From assembly GCA_014905635.1 (NCBI GenBank), contig JABVCE010000002.1, forward strand, positions 1,302,001 through 1,366,000: 64,000 nt of DNA. Reading direction: 5' to 3'. The notes beneath the pieces are model-generated. The model made no database searches. It was given only the letters and a program-made list of their open reading frames with translations, and had not been told where the DNA came from. The stretch is from Scenedesmus sp. PABB004 (taxonomy: Eukaryota). Positions 1-11,691 of the stretch are shown here, piece by piece. Position 1 is the first letter of the stretch. Each line of letters starts with the position of its first letter. The translations under genes and the position numbers were made by a program.

Positions 1-33
1 GACGACGTGCCGCTCGCGCAGCGGGTCAAGTGA
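1..33 (+). CDS. 3' end of an upstream gene (partial)
   Basis: Reads DDVPLAQRVK* with coding-like codon usage, ending TGA at 31-33; too short to identify. Confidence 0.4.
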   Translation, partial: DDVPLAQRVK

Positions 34-425
34 ACGTCGCGCGGTGCCGTGCGCGGCGTGCGTGCGCGGATCGCGCGCGAGCGAGAGCGCTGGCGGCGGA
101 CGGGCAGACCAACCGGAGGGTACGGCCGCTCTGTGCGCCCCAGAGCGTGCGCCGCTACTGCTGAGCGCCCCGCGCGCGGGCCCGTGGACGGGGCCTCCAG
201 AACTGCAACCGGAACCCGGCAGCAGCGTGTCCGTTTTTCTTGTGGCTGGGCCCTACGGACGGCCGTTGCAACACTGCGGGGGCCGGCCGCCGCCGCTCGC
301 GAGCGCGCGCGCGCGCGCGCGTGTGCCCAGCCCGGCACAGCCTCGTCTCGTCGCCAATACAGAGTTACTCCCAAAGCGCCCTCCCGCCTGCGCCCCCTCC
401 CGCCTGCGCCCCCCGCGCGGCCGGG

Positions 426-1335
426 TCAGTGCGCCGCGCCCTCCGCCGCCGCTGCTGCCCGCTGCGCCGCCTTGTGCGAGTCGCCGGCCACCACGGAGCG
501 GATGCCCAGCTCGACGACGAGGCGGTCGTACGACGCCCTGTCGGCGGGCGAGGAGGGGGGGGGGGGACGAGGTGAGGCGGGCAGACGCCGGCAGACGCCG
601 AGTGGGCGCGGCGTCCCGCCGCCCCGGCGCGGCGTGGCGCGGCGCGGCGGCGGCGTGCGCGCCTGTTGGTGCGGTAGAGGTACTGCATGAGGCTCTTGCG
701 CTGCGCCAGCACCGCCTCGAGGCCGCGCTTGCTGCTCGAGTCCTTGCGGTTCTCCTTCAGGTGCGAGCTGATCTGCTGCACGCGCGCGGAGAGGCGCGCG
801 ATCTGCACCTCCGTGCTGCCCGCGTCGTTCGCGTGGCGCGCGTAGTTGGCGACCTTGGAGAGGTCCACGTTCTCCTTGTTCTTGAACGAACCGCTGCGGC
901 GGGCGGCGGCAGCGGCGGGGCGGCAGGCGGCCGTCGGCGGCCGGCGCGCGGGCGGCGGCGCCTCGCCGCCGCCGATGCTGCGGCCCGTTGCCACCGCCGC
1001 TGCTGCTCCCGCTGCTGGTGCTGCTGCTGCTTCGGGTGCCGCGACCGCCGGTGCCGGCGCCGCTGCTCGGCGCCGCCGCTGCCGCCGCCGCCGCGGCGCG
1101 CGCCGCCCGCGCCCCTCGGCTGCCCCGCGCCAGGGGGGCCTCACCAGATCTGCACGCGCGCCCGCTGCGGCCGCGCCGCTGCCGCCTGGCCGCGGGCGCC
1201 TGCGAATGGGGCGTCCGTGCGGCGCGGCGGCGTCAGGGCGGGCCCATTGGCGCGCGCAGGCGCGCCCGGAGGCGCTGCGCGTGCGTCCGTGCCCCGCGCA
1301 CCCGTCAGCGCGGGCCTCTGGCAGAGCGACGCCAT
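426..1335 (-). CDS. PRPS15: Plastid ribosomal protein S15 (nuclear-encoded, 4 exons)
   Basis: S15 core [69 protein letters not shown]; transit-peptide-like start [11 protein letters not shown]; last intron 662-538 is GC-AG. Confidence 0.92.
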
Positions 1336-1627
1336 CCCCTGGCTGCGCTGTGGCCGGCCGCTGCTGCTGCGCTCGCGCGGGGCGGCGGCAATGGCCAGCA
1401 GTCGGGGAGCGCACCGGGGAGCAATTGGCGGGCGTGGGCAGCGTGCAGCAGCGCCTGCGCGGCCAGGAGCGCCGCCCAGAACCCGGCGGCGAGGCCGACA
1501 CTACGCGCGCTGCGCGCTCGCAGCTCCCTCGCCACACCGCGACGCGCCCGTGCAGTGCCGGAGCTGCGGAGCGGCCTGAATTGACGGCCCCGCCGTCGAC
1601 AATCGGCCCACCCCTGCGCCCGGCCAC

Positions 1628-2946
1628 ATGCAGCTGCAGCAGCGCCTGGCCGGCCCGGCCGCGGGCGGGCGCGCCAGCGCGGTGAGACGCGCTGCTGACG
1701 GCGCCGCGCGCGGGCCTCGGGGCCCGCCGCGCGCGCGGCCGGCGCATCGGGCGGCCGCCCCGCCCTCACCGCGCCGCCCCCACGCCGCAGGCGCGCCCCG
1801 CGTTCGCCGCCGGCGTGGTGGCGCCGTTGCGCCGCGCGCAGCCGCAGCGCGCGGGCAGGCAGAGCTGCAGCCCGGTCTGCCAAGGTGAGGGCGCCTGCTG
1901 CCCGGCCGGGGGCGCCCGCCAGGGCCCGCCGGCCCGCGGGCTATGGCGCGGGGCGCGAGACAGACAGCGGGCCGCCAATGGGCCCCCGGCGGAGGCCGCG
2001 GCGGCGCCCGGCGGCGAGCAGCGGGCGCCGGCGGCCAGCGGAGCAGCGGGCGCCGGCCGGCGGCGAGCGGCGGCGATGCAGCGGACGGCGGCGGCCTCAG
2101 CAGCACCAGCACCAGCACCAGCACCAGCAGCACCAGCACCGCGCCAGCAGCGAGCCTGCAGGGGAGGGAGCCGGGGCCGCCGCGTCGCCACACCCCGACG
2201 CCGCCGCCGTGCCGTCACGCCGCTGCCGCGCCCCCGCGCCGCGCAGCCGCCGCCGCAGCCGCGCCGGCGCCTGCCGGCGACCTGCTGAACAAGTCCTACT
2301 ACCCCACGCGCGCCGACGCGGCCAACTCGGCCAAGCGCTGGTACATCATCGACGCGGAGGGGCAGACGCTCGGCCGCCTCGCGACGCTCGCGGCGACCTA
2401 CGTCAGGTGCGCCACCCCCCCCCCCCCGCCCCCCTGCCGCGGTCGGCAGAGGAAGCACGCCGCCGCGCGCGCGCCGCACGCGCTGCGCAGGCCTCGCCCG
2501 CCGCCGCGCGGCGGACCCCTCGGCGCCGCTCACGCGCCCGCGTCCGCCCCGCGCGCCCGCGCCGCGCTCTGCGCGCCCGCGCCCGCGCGCCCGCCCGCGC
2601 GCGCCCGCGCCGCGCCCGTCCCGTGCAGGGGCAAGCACCAGCCGACGTACTCGCCGAGCATGGACATGGGCGCGTACGTGGTGGTCATCAACGCCGACAA
2701 GGTCGTCGTCACCGGCAACAAGGCCGCCGACAAGACCTACTTCAGGCACGTCAACGGCCGCCCCGGGTCGTGGAGGATCGAGAGCTTCAACGAGCTGCAG
2801 AAGGTGCGGCCCCTCCTGCGGCGGCGGCCACGCGGGCGCGGGCGCACCCGGGGACGCGGACGGGCGCGCGGCGCTCGGGGGCGCGGGCGCCGCGGGCGGG
2901 CCGGCGCCGCCGCGGGCGGCGCGCGCCGCCGCCGCCGCCGCCGACG

Positions 2947-2981
<35 letters not shown>

Positions 2982-3201
2982 GCCCGCGCCGCCGCAGCGC
3001 ATCCCGGAGCGCATCATCGAGCGCGCGGTCAAGGGCATGCTGCCCAAGGGCCGCCTGGGTCGCGACATCCGGCTGCACCTCAAGGTCTTCAAGGGCACCG
3101 CGCACCCCCACGCCGCGCAGCAGCCCGTGGACATCACCAAGCAGATCAGCACGCGGCCGTCCAAGGTCCCCGCCGCGGTCGCGGGCAAGCAGCAGCAGTA
3201 G
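1628..3201 (+). CDS. PRPL13: Plastid ribosomal protein L13 (5 exons)
   Basis: L13 motifs [60 protein letters not shown]; transit-like exons from ATG 1628. Confidence 0.95.
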
Positions 3202-3552
3202 CGCGGCGGGGGGCGCGCGCTGCGGCGGGCGGGCGGGCGGGCGGCGCGGCGGGGACGCAGGTGGCGGGCTGGCAGGGTAACGTGGGGACCGTGCGCGAGG
3301 CGCGGGCGTCGCGCAGGGCCAGGGCTCGGCGCCGCTGGGCCGCCGCCGGCCGGCGCTGCCCGCTTGATCGGAGGAATGGCAGCCCCCTCCTCGCAGTCTC
3401 CGATCTGCTGCCCGCCCCCCGAGCGTGAGGAGTGCCGCAGCTGCGCGCGCCGAACTGCCGCCGCGGCACCCTGCGCGCTCTTGGCGCCCCCGCAGCGCCC
3501 GCCCGTCCAGCAGCGGGACGCTACACCGCACGTGTCGCTGCACCGGGCGCGA

Positions 3553-4262
3553 ATGCGCGCGGCGTGCAGCTCCGTGGCCGCGGCGGGCTGCGGCAGCGGC
3601 AGCAGCAGCCGCCGAGCGGCGGCGTCGCCGGCGCGCCTGCAGCCCGCGCGGCCTTCAGCGTGCGCTGGTATCCTAGGCGGAGGCGCCCGGCCGCGCCGGC
3701 GCGGCGGGCGATGCCGCAGTGCTGCGCCGGGCGACGCGGCGCTGCCGCAGCCAGCGCAGGCGCAGCAGCCGCAGCCAGCAGGGCAACCCCAGCAGCTGCA
3801 GCCGGAGCAGCAGCAGCAGCAGCAGCCGCAGCAGCAGCAGCCCCAGCAGCAGGCCGCGGCGCAGGAGCCGGAGCAGGGCGGCGCGCCGCCGCCCTGGGTG
3901 CACATGCAGCCGCCGACGCCCGCGAGGTGGGGACACGGGGCGCAACGCGCCGCCGCGCCCGGACGCCGTCTGGCGCGCGCCCACCCCGCCGCCGGCCCGC
4001 GCGCGCCGCCCGCAGCGCGCCGCAGATGCTGGCGTGGCTGCCGCCGCCGGTCGTGGCGCGCCTGCAGGCGCTCTGGGTGTTCCTCGCGGCGAGCTGGGCG
4101 CTGCGGCCGCAGTTTGTCGCGCCGAGCCTGCCCGAGGCGCTGCGTCGCCTGGTGCTCGTGCTTGCGGCGAGCCTGGCGATGGTGGTCGTGATCAGCAGCA
4201 TCGACAGCGCCTGGCTCTACGTCTACCTCGCCACCGCGCGCCGCGTGCCCCTCGCCGCCTGA
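3553..4262 (+). CDS. SecE-like plastid translocon subunit (SECE2-like), 2 exons
   Basis: Ser/Arg/Ala-rich transit-like N-terminus and Gln-rich linker, then PQFVAPSLPEALRRLVLVLAASLAMVVVISSIDSAWLYVYL, matching the SecE pattern (V-x-P-x-x-x-E, hydrophobic helix, late Asp); TGTAA at 4341. Confidence 0.55.
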
Positions 4263-4358
4263 CGCCCGCGCGCAGCCGGCGGCGCCGCCGCGGCCGTGCA
4301 CGCGTCTTCAGGCACGGTGGTGATGACGCACGCAAGCACATGTAATCACACTGCCTGC

Positions 4359-4962
4359 TCAGACGTCGTAGACCGTGGCCATGTGCTTCTGGGCGCGCAT
4401 GGCGTTGACCTTGAGCTTCAGGTTGTGCAGCAGCGCCTGCGCCATGTCGCTGCTCGCGGGCGAGGGCCCCTCGAGCGCGAGCAGCGCGCTCGCGACCGCC
4501 TCGGCCGTGCACACGCGCTCCGCCGCGCTGCCAGCGTACTTGCGCAGCGGTGAGAACAGCGACGCGCCGCCCGCGGGCGGCACGTCCTTGACGCTGACCG
4601 GCGCGCGGCCCGCGCCGCCGGTCCCGCCGCCGCCGCCGGCCGCCGCGCCGTCCGCGCCCTCCCGCGCCCCCCGCTCGCCCGCGCCGGGCAGCACCATGTG
4701 CGCGGGCAGGCGCAGCGTGAGCACGCTGGGCGGGTACTTACCCTTCATCCTGCGCGCGCCTTGAGGGGAGGGGGGGGGGGGGTGGCAGTGTGGGTGTGGT
4801 GTGGGCGTGGGCGTGTGGGCGTGGGCGTGGGCGTGGGCGTGGGCGTGGGCGTGGGCGTGGGCGTGGGCGTGGGCGTGGGCGTGGGCGTGGGCGTGCGTGG
4901 GTGCGAGTGAGTGGGAGTGAGTGCGAGTGAGCGGGAGTCAGTGCGAGTGGGAGTGAGTGCGA

Positions 4963-4997
<35 letters not shown>

Positions 4998-5706
4998 GTT
5001 GGCGCGCCGCCGCACCGTCCCAGGTCGCGTCGATGGCGAGCAGCACGATGCGGCCGCCGCTGCGCTCGTCCGCGAGCGCGCGCAGCTGCTCCGGCTCGAG
5101 CGCGTCGGGCCCCGGCCACAGCATCGCCACGGTGGCGCCGTCATTGAGCAGCTCGGCGAGGCGCTCGTCGTGAGGGCGGTGGCCCCGCATGAGCAGCTCC
5201 GCGCCCGCCAGGCTGCGGCACAGGCTGCCGGTGTTGGACCCTGCGCCGCGGGCGCGCGCCGAGCGTCGCCGCGAGCCGCCGCCGGCGCCGCCGCCGTCAC
5301 GTGACGTGGTGCACCGCCGCCGCCGCCGCCGCCGCGCGCACATGCGCCGCGTGCGCGCACCCTTGGCCCACTCGTCCGGGTGGAAGTGCACGACCACCTT
5401 TGTCGACGCGGGCGCGGCGCGGCGCATGCGGGCGCAGATGCAGAACCCGGGCAGCAGCCAGCAGCCGCCGCACTGGAACGGGAGCCGGCCGTACGCGTGG
5501 ATGTACTCGCAGCGCGCCCAGCCCTTCTCCTCGCCCGAGAGCCCCGGCGACGCGAGCCGCGCGACGAGCGCGTCCCGCGCCGCCGAGCGCGCCGCGCGTG
5601 CCGCCGCGACCTCCTCCCGGCTGCCCGCGCCGCGCTCCTGCAGCTGCGTCGCGCTCATGCCGCAGTCTACCCCGTTCCGCGGCGGGCGCCAGGGCTTGCT
5701 GGTCAT
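4359..5706 (-). CDS. DTW-domain protein (tRNA acp3U transferase, DTWD2/TapT-like), 3 exons
   Basis: CGGCWLLPGFCIC zinc motif, HPDEWAKGSNTG, LAIDATWDGARRM, LRK...VCTAEAV. Confidence 0.9.
4817..4894 (+). repeat. (GGGCGT)13 microsatellite inside DTW intron 2
   Basis: Perfect hexamer array seen directly; flanked by G13 (4770-4782), degenerate GAGT repeats and C30 (4966-4995). Confidence 0.95.
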
Positions 5707-6181
5707 GGCGCGCCGGCCAGCCGCGCCCGGGCCCCGGCCCGCTGCTCGCCGCGCTGCGCCGCGTGGCGCCCGCCGCCGCCGCCCTGCGTCCGCCGGGCGG
5801 GCTGGCCAGGTGCGGGCAGCTGTGGAGCGGGCTGCTGCGATCCGGCAGGCCCCCCCCGGTGCGGCGGCGGCAGGCTGCTGCCAGCAAGCGGCTCGGCGGC
5901 AGCGCAGACGGCGAGCCGGACGGCGTGGTCCAGGTGGCGATGGCGCAGTGTGGCGGGTGCGGACGGGGGTGCAGAGTCTGAACCACAGCGCCCTGAGACG
6001 CGAGGGCCCACCTGACATCGCCGTCGCTCCACTTTCCGCATGCCGAGCGCCTGGGACCGCCGCCTGCACACGTGCCGGCACTTCGCGCTGCGCGCATCCC
6101 TTCGCGCCAGGCGAACGCCTCCCCCCGAACGTACGCGGCCGGCGGCGCCAGGTCGGCGCAGCAGCGGCGCGCCTCGCCGGC

Positions 6182-8099
6182 ATGCAGAGCAGCCTGCGGG
6201 GCCCCTGCAGGTCGGGCGCTCGGCCTGTCGGGCGCTCGGCCTCAGCAGCACCCGCTCGGCCGCCTGGCCTGGCGCTGCCGTGGCTGGCGCGGCGGCGCGG
6301 GCAGCCGCTGGCCACACCGCCTGCTGCGGCCACGGACGGCGCGCCGGCGTCGCTGGTGCTGGCGGGGCATGACCTGACACGCACCATCTTTGATGCCGTC
6401 GACGCGCGCGGCGCGGCCAAGCAGGCCGGCGGCGCGGGCGGGCGGACGACGTTTGAGGGGCTGCTCGCCGCGGACCAGGCCTGGTCGGCGCTGCGCACCA
6501 TGAAGGCGCGGCGCGGGCGCGCTCCAACGCGCCGGGAGCAGGCCTCACCCTGGCACAGGGGGCCCGCCACGGCCGGCCGAGGCGCGCCGCCGCCACTCCG
6601 CCCCGCACGCGCAGACCGGCGCCGACGCGGGCCCGCCGCCGAGCTTTGTGACGAGTGCGCCGCGGCAGTCGGTCGCGCGCGCGAGCGCCGCCGGCGCCGG
6701 CGCCGGCGCCGGCCCGTGCAGCTACGACGCCGTCGTCGCGGGCGGCACGCTCGGCGTGTTTGTCGCGGCGGCGCTCGCGGCGCGCGGCTGGCGCGTGGCG
6801 GTGGTCGAGCGCGGCCCGCTGGCCGGGCGCGCCCAGGAGTGGAACATCAGCCGCAAGGAGCTGCAGGAGCTGGTGGAGGTGCGTGCGGGGGGAGGGGGTG
6901 GAGAGGGGGCAGCGGCGCCTGGCCGGCCGCGCTGGAGGGCTCACCCGGCACTGCCGCTGTCGCAGCTGGACCTGCTCACGCCGGCCGAGGCCGAGTCGGC
7001 GATCGCTATCGAGTTCAACCCTGTTCGGGCCGGCTTTGCGGGCGGCAAGGGTGCGCGCGGCGGCGCGTGGGCGCAGGCGCGTCTGCGCGCCGCCGAGCGT
7101 GCTGCGCGGCCGCGCCACCTCCCGTGCTGCGCGGCCGCGCCTCCTCTGCGGGTTCCGGCTGAGACGCCGTCCGCGCCGTGCCCGTCCCTCCCTCCCTCCC
7201 GGCAGACGTGTGGACAAAGGACATCCTCAACCTGGGGGTCAAGCCCGACCGGCTCGTGCAACTGGTGCGGCGCGCCGGCGGGCAGCTGCGCGCGCTGGCG
7301 GGCGCCGCGCCGCGCCGCGCCGCGTGGTCCGACGCTGCGAGGGCCGACGCCGGTGGGCGGCCCACCACGCCACGCGGTCGCGCAGATGCGGGCCAAGCTC
7401 GAGGCGACGGGTGGCAAGGTGTACGAGTGCGTGCAGCTGGGCGGCGTGGAGGTGGCGGGCGACGGCGTGACGCTCACGCTCACCAGCCAGACCGCGCCCG
7501 GCGGCGGCGCCGCGCCGAGCGGCGGCGTCGGCGCGCGCGTGCAGTTTGCGTCGAGCCTGACCACGCGCCTGCTGCTCGACTGCTGCGGCCACGCGAGCCC
7601 GATCGTGCGGCAGCTGCGCTGGGGCGTCAAGCCCGACGGCGTGTGCCTCGTCGTCGGGGGCTGCGCGCGGGGGTTTGACCCCGAGGCAAACACGACGGCC
7701 GACATCATCTACACCTGCGGCGACGCGCGCCCCGTCGGCGCGGCCGCGGCCGCGGGCGGCGGCGGTCCAGGCGGCGCGTCGCAGGCGGCGCAGGCGGCGC
7801 AGGCGCAGTACTTCTGGGAGGCCTTCCCCGCGGCGGACGGCCTGCTGCCTGGCGGCGGCGCCGGCACGCGCGCGGGCGAGTGGCGCAGCGACGCGCGGAC
7901 GACCTACATGTTTAGCTACATGGACGCCCAGCCCAGCCGGCCGAGCCTGGCCCAACTGTTTGCCGACTACTGGGCCGCCATGCCGGAGTACCAGGGCCGC
8001 CCAGGCGGGCTGGAGGGGCTCGAGTTCCAGCGCCTGCTCTTCGGCTGCTTCCCGACGTACAAGGACTCGCCGCTCAGGCCGGGCTTCGACCGGTGCGCA

Positions 8100-8134
<35 letters not shown>

Positions 8135-9075
8135 CGTCCAAGGTCCACTGCTGCGGCGGCGGCCACGCCACAGGGCGCGCCCGCGCGGCGGCCCGACGCG
8201 TCCGCAACGTCGCCGCGCAGGGTGCTTCAGATTGGGGACGCCAGCGGCATCCAGTCGCCGCTGTCGTTCGGGGGCTTTGGCGCGCTCACGCGGCACCTGC
8301 GGCGCCTCACCGACGCGCTGCACGACGCGCTCGACTCGGGTGCGTGCGCGCCCGCGCACGCCCGTCCCCCCCCCCCCTTCCCCCTTGGGTGGCCGCCCGC
8401 CCGCGCGGCCCCGCTCGCCGACCCGGCACCCTGCGGTCGCGGCGCCGGCGGCCGCAGACGCGCTGTCGCAGTCGGAGCTGGCCCTGGTCAACGCGTACAA
8501 CCCGGGGCTGAGCAGCGCGTGGATGCTGCAGCGGGCGATGATGGGCTCCACGTCGCCCGACGGCGCGCAGCCGCCGCCCGGGCTCATCAACAAGATGCTC
8601 GCCGGCAACTTTGCAGCGATGGCGGGCATGGGCGACGAGGTGCTCAAGCCATTCCTGCAGGTGACAACGGCCCCGCCGGCCACATGTCACGGGGCGGGGC
8701 GCGGCGCGCGCAGCCGCGCGGCGCTCTGTTGCCGGCCCGCCAACGCGCGCCGCCGCTGCCGTCGGGGTCCGTGTGCGACGCGCGCGCGCGCAGGACGTGA
8801 TCCAGTTCGGGCCGCTGATGCGCACGATGGCCAACCAGGTGGTGCAAGACCCGGGTTTTGTGCCGCAGCTCATGGCGCACGTCGGCCCCGCCGCGCTCGC
8901 CGACTGGCTGCTCCACGTCGGCGCGCTCGGCGGCTTCACCGCCCTCGACGCCGCCGCGGGGCCGCCGCTGCGCGCGCTCGCGGGGTCGGGCGCGCTGCCG
9001 CCGCGCACGCGCTTCGCGCTGCGCCGCGCCCTCGACGCGCTCAAGTACGGGTCGGGCGCGGACTTCAAGCTGTAG
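6182..9075 (+). CDS. CruP: CruP/CruA-family FAD-dependent lycopene cyclase homologue (8 exons)
   Basis: YDAVVAGGTLG...VERGPLAGRAQEWNISRKEL, IEFNPVRAGF, QYFWEAFP, RTTYMFSY, IGDASGIQSPLSFGGFGALTRHL, C-terminal KYGSGADF; transit-like N-terminus. Confidence 0.88.
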
Positions 9076-9322
9076 CTGCGCTGTGCGCGGCTCCTGGCCG
9101 GCGCCGGCTGGCGGTGTGCCTGGCGGTATTGCGCGGCGCTTGGTTGGCGCTCGGGGCTTTGGGGCTCTGGCTGGGAACGCCGCCTGCCCGGTGCCGCCTG
9201 GCCGCACCCCAGCTGGACAGCAGACGCCGCAGCGGTCGCCCCGCAGCGCCGACAGACGCCGACGCAGAGGCAGCGACAGGCGCAGCAGCAGCAGCAGCAG
9301 CAGCGCCAAGCGCCGGGCCGCG

Positions 9323-11561
9323 ATGTCGCCCTCGCTGCCCCACGAGCCGCTGTCCAGCGCGTCCGTCGCGCCGCGCCCGCACTCGGGTGCGGCAGCGGCG
9401 CACCTGGCGACAGCGGCGGCGGCGCGGCGCGGCGCCCAAGCTCGACGCCGCGCCGCTGCCGCGCCGCCGCCACCAGACGACGCACCGGACGCGCATGACC
9501 CTCGGCACGGCGTGGTGCATCCGCACGCCGCGGACGGCGGCGCCGGCGCGGTGCCAGCGGAGCAGCGGCAGCCAGCCGAGGCGGATGAAGCGGAGGAGGC
9601 GGAGCTCGAGCAGCTGGTGCAGCTGCTGGGGCAGCGCCTCGCGCTCGGCGACGACGGCGCGGCGCAGCAGCTGCTGCAGCAGGTCAAGCGCCCGCTCGCG
9701 CTGCCGAGCCTCGACCTGCGCGGCGTGGCCGAGTACATCAAGAGGTGCGTGCGTGTCTGTGTGTCTGGTGCGTGTGTGGGTGGGTGTGGGTGTGTGGGTG
9801 GGTGGGGAGGCATCAGCTGCCACCGCCGCCACGTGACGCGCCCCTCGCACTGCGCCGCCCGCAGCGGCAAGGCGCGGCGCATCGTGACCATGACCGGCGC
9901 GGGCACGAGCGTGAGCGCCGGCATTCCAGACTTCCGGACCCCTGGCACGGGGCTGTACAGCCAGGTGCGGCGGCGCTCACTGAGCGCCGCTCAGGGCCCC
10001 GCCCGCGCGCGCGCGCCGTGTTGCGGCGGCCGGCCGGCCGACCGCCGACCGGCGTGCGCCGCAGCTCGAGCGCTTTGCGCTGCCCGAGCCCGAGGCTGTC
10101 TTCAGCATCAAGTTCTTCAAGAAGGACCCCAAGCCCTTCCACCTGCTGGCAAAAGAGCTGTTCCCAGGTGGGCGGCCTGCCCCCCTGTGCGGGGCCTGCA
10201 CGCGCCAGCCCGCCTGCGCGCCAGGCCGCCTGCGCGCCGCCCGCCCGCCCGCCCGCTCGCGCGCCCGCCCAGCCCCGCCACCGGCTGGCGCGCGCGGCCA
10301 CGCCGCAGGCAACTTCAAGCCCACGCCGACTCACTACTTCATCCGCCTGCTGCACGACAAGGGCCTGCTGCTGCGCGCGTTCACCCAGGTCTGCGCTGCG
10401 CCGCACCGCCCACGACACGGCGCGCCGCCGCTCGCCGCCCGCCCGACCGCCCACACCCACCCCCGCTCCCTGCGCCCCTCGCTGCCCACGCAAGAACATC
10501 GACTCACTCGAGCACGAGGCAGGCCTGCCGGCGAGCGCGGTCGTGGCGGCGCACGGCAACTTTGACTCCGCGCACTGCATCCGCTGCGCCGCCGAGCACA
10601 GCCTCGCGCATGTCAAGGCCGCCGTGTTTGCCGACGAAATCTGCACCTGCACGCAGTGCGGGTGCGCGCCGTGCGGGCTGCGCCGCGTGGCCCGCGCCAC
10701 ACGTGGGCCGCGCCACGCGGCGCCGCCTGCGCGCACGCGCGCCTGGCGGCCCAGCCCCGCCGCGTGCGTTGCTCTCTGCTGCCGGCGCCGGGGCACGCGC
10801 AGGGGCCTGGTCAAGCCGGACATCGTGTTCTTTGGCGAGCAGCTGCCGGACCGCTTCTACGAGCGAATGGAGGTGCGCCGGGGCCGCTCTGACCTGAGCG
10901 GGGCGGCCGCGCGGGCCCGTTGCCCCCCGCGCGCTGCCGCCGACGGGCCGCCGCGGCGCCGCACGCACGCCGCGCAGGCCGACCTGCCCCGCTGCGACCT
11001 GCTGCTGGTGATGGGGACGTCGCTGGTGGTGCACCCCTTTGCCAGCCTCATCGGTGCGGCGGCGCCGCCTCTGCCTGCCTTTGGCCGCGGCAACGCGCGC
11101 AAGGGGCGAGCCGCTGGCGCTGGCGCCGACGCTGCCCTGCCGCCCCGCGCCGCGCAGACGCGGTGCCGGACGACTGCCCGCGCGTGCTCATCAACCGCGA
11201 GCGCGTGGGCGAGGGCATGGGCGGCGGGCTGGGCCTGCTGAGCAGCCTGCTCGGCGCGCGCGGCGGCGGGGGTTTTGTGTTCGACGAGGAGGACGGCGCG
11301 TGGCGCGACGCGCTGTACCTTGGGGACTGCGACGACGCGGTGGCCGAGCTCGCGGAGCTGCTCGGCTGGGGCGACGACCTGCGCGCGCTCATCGAGGCGG
11401 GCGGCCCGCCGACGGAGCGCCAGCTGCAGCAGCAGCGGGAGCAGCGGGAGCAGCAGCAGCAGCGGGCGCGGGAGCAGGAGCAGCAGCGGGAGCAGCAGGA
11501 GCGGCCGCCGGCGGGCGCGGGCACGGGCGACGGCAGCGGCGGGCCGCCTGGCGGCGCGTGA
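9323..11561 (+). CDS. NAD-dependent deacetylase, class I sirtuin (SIRT2/Hst2-like), 8 exons
   Basis: GAGTSVSAGIPDFR, PTPTHYFIRLL, FTQ|NIDSLE, AHGNF, CIRC...CTQC, VKPDIVFFGE, GTSLVVHPFA, LINRE, LGDCD. Confidence 0.95.
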
Positions 11562-11691
11562 GCGCGCGGCGTTGCACGCGCACACACGTGCGCGTGCGCC
11601 GCATCTCAGCGGCGCTCTGCAATCGACGTCCGGCGCGCGCGCGTGTGCCGCCACCGCTCCCGCCCGCGCTCGTGCTCGCGCTCGCGCGGCG

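Noticed and set aside
4803..4965. (GGGCGT)n and GAGT repeats as telomere or CRISPR
   Set aside because: Intronic simple repeats; they are not the TTTAGGG-type algal telomere unit, and there are no unique spacers or cas genes.
426..9075. Bacterial operon or contaminant (rpsO, rplM, secE, DTW, cruP)
   Set aside because: All have spliceosomal introns, most have transit-like peptides, and strands are mixed.
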